This document shows positions 55,029 through 64,000 of a DNA stretch of 64,000 nt, piece after piece (position 1 is the first letter of the stretch; every line of letters starts with the position of its first letter). The position numbers were made by a program, and so were the translations under genes. The notes under the pieces were generated by a model. The model saw only the letters and a program-made list of their open reading frames with translations, was not told the origin of the DNA and ran no database searches. The DNA is taken from the NCBI RefSeq assembly GCF_009914755.1, contig NC_060935.1; one strand, written 5' to 3'. The DNA is from the human T2T-CHM13v2.0 reference genome, Homo sapiens.

Positions 55029-55819
55029 GTGTAGGAAAAGCAGATCATTTATATAAACACACTGTGACAAGTATTATTATCAAAACTTTGCAAGTTAGAG
55101 AAGAGGACTCCTTAATTCTCGGGGAAAGAGAGCAGATGCTACAGAAGGTTTCACAGAATAAATGACATTTTATGCTTAATATATGAAAAATGTTTTGCAG
55201 TAGGCCAAGCAGACAAGAAGAGGAAAAGTTAGGAACACATGGAAGGAACAGGGAAATAACAGGTAGAGAAAGACCATTCGAAGGCAGATACAGGAAGATG
55301 AGCAAAGGCCTGGGGGTAAAAGACCACAGAATATTCAGGCAATGATGGACGTTTACACGGTGGAAAATGAAAAATAAGACTGAAACCAGATCATGCCAAG
55401 TAAGAAAGGAGGTGGAATTTTAATATAAAGAAATAAATGCATATTTTAAACAGAGTGGAGCCCCTTTTCAAACAAAGCGTTACCTAGAGCCCCAGTATAT
55501 TAAACTGATCAAAGTGTAACTTCTTTGGTTGGGTCATGGTCCACTCAGTTTTCCCTGAGCTTCTAAGTTGGCTTCAGAAGCACTTCTGCAGAACCCTAGA
55601 ACTCTAGGAAACATAATGGAAAAACCACTTCTGTAGGTAATAGGATACTACTGAAAGATTTTAAGTGCAGAATATATGTTCAGATTTGTTTTTCAGAAAA
55701 AGGCACTCTAGTGGCAGGGCTGAATACTGAGTAGGAACAAGGGGAAAAGCTTAAAGGGACAAAGACCAGTCAGCATTTTATATGTAGGTTTCACTTGGAC
55801 ATCAGTCTTAAGGCTACAA

Positions 55820-56035
55820 GATACATGAAAAAAGCACATTGGCTTTGAAGTTGTACAAATCTGGTTTAAAATTCTAAGTGTGCTACTAATGACGACCTTG
55901 GGCATGTTAGTTGACTTTGCCAAGCTCTATTTTCTCATTCTGTAAAATGGGGCTACCTACCTCACTTGACCACTATAAAAAAGTACATGTAAATGGAGAT
56001 TGGGCGCTGGCATAGATAAGCGCTTAGCAAATATA
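55820..56035 (+). mobile_element. MIR
   Basis: gaccttgggcatgttag...ttctcattctgtaaaatgggg. Confidence 0.65.
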
Positions 56036-57012
56036 GATGTGCATCATCTTCTTTCACTTGGTCTCTTTATGATTCAATTTTATTAAACCTCCTTGATCCT
56101 ACATAACTTAGAAAAGGGAGATTTAATTGCTTGCTGTTAATAACTTTTCGACTTGGTAAAGAATAGATACATAATTCTTTTTTATAAGGATGTATTTTTT
56201 GAGTGACCTGTTAGCATGAGCCTCATGCTAAGAGAAGGTCAGCATTTGGCTTCCTCTTACTTTGGGATGTGCCAGGACGTCTCATAAGAGGGAGTTCAAA
56301 ACAAGAGTAGCCAAAACCCAAGCACTACGTGTGTCTGCCTGGCTCAGAGAGAGTGTTTCTGGCCTACTTCAGGTTAACAAAGCTTACATCAGTTCCATAG
56401 TTAGAAAGTCAGCAGCTAAAAACTCCACCTGTGTACAAATCTTTCAGGAGATCAAATGGTGTGAGGATTACAAAGACTGGATTAGAAAAGCCAACTTGCA
56501 AATCCAAATTTCCCTCTATTCTTTACCATCCTGTGTCAGTAAGTATTTCAGCTGTGAATATTTATGCCCCTCTCAGAGAAAACAATCTTTATTTCAAGAG
56601 CACTGATCTGTTTTCTCCTTTTCTTTCCCACTGTTTATCATCACAGTGATGACATAATGTCAGTTGAGACAAATGTCCACCATAACCAAGTGAGAGGTGC
56701 AGGGCTGGAGGATATAACTGGGTGGAAAATTGAGAGGAGGAAGAGTTCAGCTAAGTATTTTAGGATCACACACAGTGTCTGCAACTCAGTACATTATGCC
56801 AGAAGTCTTACAGTCTTACTTTCAAATTGTAGACAACAAGGTAGTCAATAAAAGCTTTCTGATACTCTCAAGGCATTTTTCATCCCTGTAACCCCTGTAA
56901 CAGAGAATCTATCTTCTCTTACGGCTGCAGATTCCCTGAACACTATTCAGCATCACATCCACCTTCTCTGCAACTTGAGATTCTGATGTGAGGGAGAATT
57001 CAGCAGTCTTAC

Positions 57013-57142
57013 CTTTGAACTAGGGTCCCAAAGATAAGACGAAGAAACTTTTGCATGTTTTCGGTACATAGCCATTTCCACTGTTCTGTTAGTAGCAAGA
57101 GGAGCAGATCCAGGGCTGTGTCAGCTAACTCTGTCTCTGTTC
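57013..57142 (-). CDS. SNX19: SNX19 coding exon 8 (130 nt), TETELADTALDLLLLLLTEQWKWLCTENMQKFLRLIFGTLVQ(R)
   Basis: cag|GA acceptor, AAG|gtaaga donor; phase 1-2; start of PXC region. Confidence 0.96.
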
Positions 57143-57397
57143 CTGAGGGATAAAATGGCATCAGGAGTAACTCAGAAGAGACCCATACTTGAGGAACATC
57201 TTTCAAGGTACTGGTGGCACCTGTGTCTCTCTACCTTCATGCCAATCATCTGGTATTTTTGCAATCCCTCTACACTCAAATCAAAAGAGGTTTAACTCAT
57301 ATCTAGAAGGTTCAGTGACAGGCTCAGCATTTCTTTACAATTTTTATTAATGTTCCTGATATTGTAACCTAATAAATGTTTCTATGTTTTTAAAAGA

Positions 57398-57466
57398 TAT
57401 ATATCTTCTAATTATATATATATCTGCTAAATATATATATGTGTGTATATATACATATATATATAT

Positions 57467-57508
<42 letters not shown>
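57398..57508. repeat. (TA)n/(CA)n compound microsatellite in intron 7
   Basis: Seen directly; explains ORF 57443 (YIYI/HTHT). Confidence 0.9.
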
Positions 57509-57510
<2 letters not shown>

Positions 57511-59708
57511 TTATTTTGCCTACTTAGTTTCTATTTCTTCTGTATTTCCCCAGGATGCTGAATACTTTCTGTTCCAAAGAAAATCACAACTAGTGACTAA
57601 GTGTAACTGGCAAGGCCTCCTCTCTTTCCAACCTTGCATTCCACTCGCCCCCACAAAGCATTATGGAAACACCGTGGCAGAAGTGGGGAAAGAGTTGGCA
57701 TTCACTTTCCTGAAAAACCTCCATTACACAGAGCTGTGGGGTTAGGATTCAGGAGGCTTCAGTCTGATTTTGAGATAACATGTGGTTCTAGGAAGAACAC
57801 CACACCTCTGGTAAAATGCCATAACAATTACTACGTTCTTTCCTGTTTCAAAGACTGTAAGGGCCACAAATGAGCTTATACCCATGCTAAACTAAGGTTT
57901 CCTGAACAAATGTATTTTGTGGAAGGAAGCACGTGCTGTTTAAACCTGTCCTGGGGTTCCAATGTCACGTCTGATTTGCCTCCAAGTATGTGATGTTACA
58001 GAATGGATCTGAGATATCTGGTGCCACTGCTGTGATTAATATTATAAGTAATATCAACAATGACTTTGTTAGTGTAGGACAAACGGATACTCTCTGGATC
58101 ACCTTGCCCAAGCTCTCCTTGAACATGAATGACTTCCGATTTGGACAGATCTACTAGAACTGAATCATACTTCCCTCTTAACCCTATATAATACATATTT
58201 TCTTTTCTGTTTGTATTGCAAGGATTGGGAGCTGATATGTTGTGTGATTTCTAATCATCTTCTCAAAGATGGAATATTGCATTCCTTGGGAGACAGCATC
58301 ATCCTGAGCCTTAGTCCTCAATTGTATGATTCTCTCAGGTTTAGCATTTGCTTGGAGCTGCCACCATGTGGTAACAATTAGTTACAGCAGTGAAAAATAA
58401 GAAAGCAAACAAGGTACCACCAAGTCAGTTGCCTTAAAGAAAATGGTAGATTTTTTTTTTTTTTTTTATAATCATATGAGCATTTTGAGTCTCTCAGAGA
58501 TAGAAGAAGGGTTTCAGGCCTAAACCATCCCTCTAGAGATATGATGTTCAACATGTACAGGCTGGACTTTGCCTAGAATGATATTCTTACCACACTGACC
58601 CTGCCCCCCACCATCTTTACAGTCTCTTAGAGTTCTCTGATGCTTTCACTGTCATATCACTTCATTTAGTTAACTGTGAGATGTGTGAAGGGATGGGGCT
58701 GTCAACCCCATTTTTCACAGACTTAAATTGAGGCCCTCAGAAGAGATGTCAGGTGATTTGTTCATGGGCACCTCAGAAAGAATAGTGAAATCAGCTTTTT
58801 CCCCAGTTTTGAATCCAAGATTTTGTGATCTTTTATTCTCAACAGAGGGCTTTATCTTGATGGAACTGATATACTTATTTTAAGTTCTTGTTCAGTAACC
58901 ATACTGATTAATATCTAGGGCTTTGAATTTTTCTTCTACAGAGTACACATCTGCTCTTCTTCTCCTGGAAGGCAAAATTGCTCTGCCTCCAATGCATATA
59001 AGGAGAAAGTAAAGCTTTCACCTCTTCTCCCTCCCTACTTTATGTTGGGTAACTAGGTGGTATCATCTGCCATGGCAGTAAATAAAGATAAAAAGAATAG
59101 ATCTGGGGAAAAAAGACATTTCCATCTTGAACACGTTACATTTCAGTTGCCCTGTGGTATATCCAAGTGAAGATATACAATATTCAATGTTTAAGGCATC
59201 ACCACACACATGTTAGAGCTGAAGCCAACACTACAGCTGGAGTCACCCTGGAAGAGTGTGTAGAATAAGGACAGCGAGCCAAAAATCAAGCTCTGGCAGG
59301 TGGATCATGGAGCCAAGAGAGTGGACTAAGAAGCCACGAGAAAGGCATGAAGGAAACCAGGAAACTGAGACACTAAGGGAAGAAAGTTTCTAAGAAATGC
59401 AAGAGTCTGATATGCCAAAGCATGCCAAAAATAAGTTTAATGAGTTATCAATATTATCAGCATGATCTCATCCTGCTGGATTAGAACTTCCTGTGTTTGT
59501 GCCCTGTTCTGCTGCTTGATTCCGCTGTGGCAACTATGTACTACTCATTTCTGTGCCCCAACACAGCACCTCCAACACTGGAGTTCAACACATGGCATGC
59601 TCAGCTGAATGGAACAGAAATCAAAGTTACAAACTCCAACTATCCCAAGTACCAAGTGGATGCCACCCTGGCTCCCTTCTCCATGGGAGCAGAGACCTCG
59701 CCACTCAC

Positions 59709-59889
59709 CTGGATCGCTGTTGCTGGGGTCTTGGGCTGGCACGGCTGCATCTGACACGCAACTGTCCACACGTCCTTTGGGAGGTTGTTCAGGATCTTTT
59801 TCTGGGGCTTTTGTTGGCTGCATTTCCAGTAACTTTGTCTGTTTTTCAATAAAAGATTCCATCGCAGACATGGATAGAGTCTCAGACTC
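59709..59889 (-). CDS. SNX19: SNX19 coding exon 7 (181 nt), ESETLSMSAMESFIEKQ...AQDPSNSDP(G)
   Basis: ttag|GAG acceptor, CAG|gtgagt donor; phase 0-1; overlaps supplied ORF 59545..59871. Confidence 0.95.
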
Positions 59890-60380
59890 CTAAGAAATAG
59901 TCAGTGGCATATCACATATGGAATGCTGACAGTAGGGGAGCAAATGCAGCACTCTAGGTTTCCCTGCCTCTCCCCTGCATAAGTACCTTGGGTATAAAAC
60001 CCAACTGATGCTATGACTCCTTTAGGAAAGATTTTATTTTTTACCGAAGTTGCAAGTAAAACAGGCCTGCCCTGGGATTATCATTTCTGCACCCATTTTT
60101 GGTCATCCATTTTTTTTTCCAGGAACTAGCTTTCTTTCTTATCTTGTCATCCATTATCCGAAACCCACCATGGTTGAGAAGCCAACCTGCCAACCCAGAA
60201 CTGGTAGGAATTCCAAACCACTTAGAGAAAATACTTTTAGCATAAAAGCTGGAGATCCAAACATTGATTAAGTCATTTAGCAGGACATTTCTGACTTTAG
60301 AGAATATCTCAACTGCCTGTAACTGCAGGACCAACATCTCAGATATTTTTGCCTCACATTCTCTGGGTTTTGGTTCTTAC

Positions 60381-60477
60381 CACACTGCCTTCCTGGAGAC
60401 AATAAAGAATCTTGTCCTGTGCTTCAGTCACACTTAGTGCTGGAGAAATTTTACTGGATGAGAACCTCAGCCTGGAC
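60381..60477 (-). CDS. SNX19: SNX19 coding exon 6 (97 nt), SRLRFSSSKISPALSVTEAQDKILYCLQEGSV
   Basis: cag|G acceptor, GTG|gtaaga donor; phase 2-0. Confidence 0.95.
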
Positions 60478-61708
60478 CTGGTACAGAAACAAAGAGCAGA
60501 AACAGGATGTAATTTATGGCCTTGAGCCTCACACTAAGGGCTGGCAAGTATTGATAATAAATCACAACAAGAATATCCATACTTATTCTGGGGAGCTTAC
60601 TGTGGTCAGAGCTGCCAGGAAAGACTCGGCCCTGCAATCCCCCAAACAATGTATATTCTGGCAATTCTTGATAGATAATGTTAACGCATACACTAAGCTA
60701 TGTCTACAGTGCACTTGTGAAATGGCTTCTGCTAAGTAAAACTGGCATCAGTGTGTATTATGGTTATATTCCCACAGGATAGATTAGCTAACACATAATA
60801 GGCACTCATTAAAAATTTGCTGAAGATTAAACAGACAGGTGGCATAGAGCAAGTTTTCATTATTGCTATTCATGGTGTATCCTTTTTGGACATCCATTTA
60901 TTCCCCTTGTGTTCCAAATAAAACCAGAAAAGGAACTGCAAGTGATAACATCAATGTTTCAAGGGACAGAGACTCATAAGCAGAGGTATCATGGTCATCC
61001 CTCAATATATGGGCCCAGTTAAGAAAAGGTTAGGTACTGTGAGTCTGTTATTGCTGGCCCATGAAACATAAGCACAGAGACAGAGACACACACACATACA
61101 CACATGCTCTCTCTTTTTTCATAAGGACCCAGATATAGATGAAATTTCCAGTAAGGGTACATGTGGTGCCCTTGCTTGCCACATGTTGGCTTTGAATGCT
61201 GCCAGGGAACAGCTAGGGCCCTAGTGCAGGAAAGAGTAGCAGTAGTCAACCAGTTACTAAAATAGGCCCTGCAGGTTTCCATTCTAACCCTTTCCTCTTT
61301 ATTGCTAATATATGCAACTTCTGAGCCAAGATTTCCAGAAATGATGGCAAACAGAGATCAGTTATAAGCCTTAATTCTTAGTAGGAAAGAAACATCTCAA
61401 TTTTCCAGGAAAAGAGGAAAGAGAATATCCTAGTCAAAAGAGAATATTCTTCCTAGTCAAACATCCCTGGTCAGTTGGGCCCCAGGTTCCCATGGCAAAA
61501 CCAAACATTCAGCAGTGCTGCCTCTGCAGCACCGCAGGCTCCTCCGGGTGGAAAACTGAGGAGCCTGGGGTCTAGCTTTGCCTAAAAACTGGTATGTCTG
61601 ACCCACCTCCTTTCCTCTAGGGCTTGAGAATAGGGTGAGTGTTGGCTGAGGATTGGGGATCAATTTGAGAACTGGGGAAAGGTCCCTGGGTAACTGAGGG
61701 CTTCTCAC

Positions 61709-61839
61709 TTGCTAGCCTTCTTGCCTTCTGTCTGGGGCTTGCTTTCGGTCTCGGCCTCACTCAGCTCCTCTGTGGGGCTCTGGGGTTCAGAGCGAGGAAA
61801 CGCTGTCTTCAAGGTGTCCACAATGGCACTCACCACCAT
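61709..61839 (-). CDS. SNX19: SNX19 coding exon 5 (131 nt), MVVSAIVDTLKTAFPRSEPQSPTEELSEAETESKPQTEGKKAS(K)
   Basis: ctgcag|ATG acceptor, AA|gtgaga donor; phase 0-2, continues exon 4 in frame. Confidence 0.95.
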
Positions 61840-63773
61840 CTGCAGGGGTCAGAGGTGCAGGGTCAGTCCATCCACATCCACAGATGGAAACCGCCAAGCA
61901 AGCAGTCGCCTCACAGCACTTTATGCAACAGGACAAGGAGAGGGGCCAGGCTATCTAGCAAAGCCTTATCCAGTAGGAAGGTCGAATACCAGCTAATGAC
62001 TTAGTGCCAACTATCTTTCCTTTTTTCCATGGCCATAAAAATCTTTTTCCTTGAGGAGTAAAACAAACAACGCCATGGGAAAAGAAGCCAAAACCAATAG
62101 TGAGAGAAATAAAAACCTGAGTTCTGCGGGCTGGTGATGTATTTTTCAATTTCTTTCTTTTTAAGTAAAAAGGTGATTTCTAGTTTCCAAATCGGTAACA
62201 CCTTCATCAAGATGTGCATCAGTGGAAGTACATAGGTAGGAGTATAAAGAGAAAGGAAAAGTGAAGAAGATGATCAAAAATAAAAATAACAGTTAAGGGG
62301 CATAGTAATATTAACATGCTTAGAGTAACTTACACAGAGCAAACAATCAGTTTTTCTAGTCAATTCAAACAATTTCTCTTCTTTAGGTACAGAAAGAATA
62401 ACAAAGATCACTCAGGTCAAAACTAAGATATCTGGAGTTGAGTTGTTATAACTTATCTACTCATACAAGACCAAATAAAATAATCCTCACTAAAGATTAA
62501 CTCCATTTCTTCAGAATGGCAAAATGACATACAGATATTTGCTAAAAAGGACAATGTACAAACAAAACCTTAAACTATCAAAGAAACAGAACGAAACATT
62601 TACTCTTCCTCTGGTGCTTCTTGCTAACTAACACTGCTGGCTCAGAGCAGCACCATGCCTTCTTTGACTCATTCTTGTGGTATTCCTCCATAAGGAGTAA
62701 GCTAGCATAGCCAAGACAAGGCTGAAGAGAGTGGTCAGCAGACTACAGTAAAGACTGGGGGAGAACAAACCAGGGAAAGAACACTTGAGGATGCATGCAT
62801 TTAGATAATGCAGCTTAGAAAATACAACTTGTTCTCCAGGATCACAGAACTGTAGTCTGTGAGGGTGGGGAGGTCCTCATCTGTCTCATTCACTGATGTA
62901 TGAACAGCAGCTGGTAGAGTGTCTGGCTGAAAACAGGCATCCAGTAAGTAGATGTGGAAATAATGGATGAATGATATCTGCATGGAACTCTGGGCATTTA
63001 CCCAGTTGATCCCTTTTTAGTTTGTAGTTTTTTCCATAGCAGTGGATATCCCCTAACACCTACTACATGAAATTCTATTTTATTTGTTGCTCCAAGCCTA
63101 GATGAGAAGAGGGAGGCTACTCTTCCGCCAATGTGTCAGTGTTTCCCAACCCTATAAAACACACATCACTTTTGATAAACATAAGCCTCAGACTTCTGCC
63201 CCAGAGATGCTCATATCAGTTGGTAATCACTGCTTACAAGCTCTGACATGTTACACAAATGTCCTTCTTCCACCATCTCCATAGGTGCTGAGATAACCTC
63301 TTGAAAAAGATACAATTCTCTCCATACTCTGTTCTCTAGCGGAGAACCATGACACCACTCTAAATCCAGCCTCAGGTCGTCTTAGGCTCTCTTTCCTGGG
63401 TGACCCAACACTGGAAATGAACTTTACCCTCTGAAAGACCACCCCTCATGCCAGCTATCTGTGAAGACACAGATCAATCTTCACATGCCTCCAACAGTAC
63501 AACAATATAATGATACCCCCAGGAGATACGTGTACACTTAAGAGTGTTGGGGTACTGTTTCCCAGCAGCTGTTTCCTGTGATTCAGCAAGCTGATGATTC
63601 AACCAATATTTGGCAACAGGTCTTGACAATTTAAGTCCATGTTCTATTGACGGCTCTGTGCTGCCCCTTCCCACACCCTACTGCTCTTATTTTTCAAGGA
63701 CTGCCTCCATTCTGATGAATCCTCCCCATTTATAGATCAAAACTAAAGCTGAGCACAGTGGCCCTGCTGGTAC

Positions 63774-63893
63774 CTTGTCTATTCTAGAGACCATAAATGG
63801 TTTCTTGACAAAGGCAATACGAGCATCTGTGTTCAGAGCAAGGAACTCCTGCACCTCCTCACTGTTAGCGATCTCTGGAATGGCACAGAGTTG
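63774..63893 (-). CDS. SNX19: SNX19 coding exon 4 (120 nt), QLCAIPEIANSEEVQEFLALNTDARIAFVKKPFMVSRIDK; end of PX domain
   Basis: Acceptor tttgcag|CAA and donor AAG|gtacc; phase 0-0; peptide recognised as sorting nexin 19. Confidence 0.96.
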
Positions 63894-64000
63894 CTGCAAA
63901 AGTAAAACACACACACATTTTAAAGAGAAATTCCAGTCCCCAAATCTCTCCACCTTGGCTTGGGTGTTCTGGGGTTAGACACCCAGGTTAAAGTGAGAAC

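Noticed and set aside
59497-63978. Plus-strand ORFs overlapping exons 4, 5 and 7
   Set aside because: Antisense shadows of coding exons; no supporting start or splice signals

Overview
Human (primate) genomic DNA, not microbial. The window holds the 3' part of SNX19 (sorting nexin 19, chr11q24.3-q25 from recall) on the minus strand. Eight coding exons (exons 4-11, 63893 down to stop codon TAG at 32170-32168) all have GT-AG borders and join in phase into 354 codons plus stop: the end of the PX domain through the C-terminal PXC/Nexin_C region. Exons 1-3 lie beyond the right edge. Below the stop are the 3' UTR, a twin AATAAA at 29638-29661, and about 30 kb of repeat-rich sequence (L1, Alu, MIR, L2, CR1/L3, MaLR LTRs, DNA transposon MITEs) with a CpG-rich CTCF/promoter-like patch near 15.1-16.0 kb. 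I found no novel multi-gene system, and nearly all supplied ORFs are incidental. The best observations concern SNX19 RNA processing: (i) a 175-nt cryptic exon in intron 8 that is a poison exon in one frame but carries an ATG in frame with exons 9-11; (ii) skipping exon 9 opens a 49-aa alternative tail that stops in the last exon; (iii) an L1 inserted right at the proximal polyA site. Repeat subfamily names and residue numbers are from recall, not database searches.
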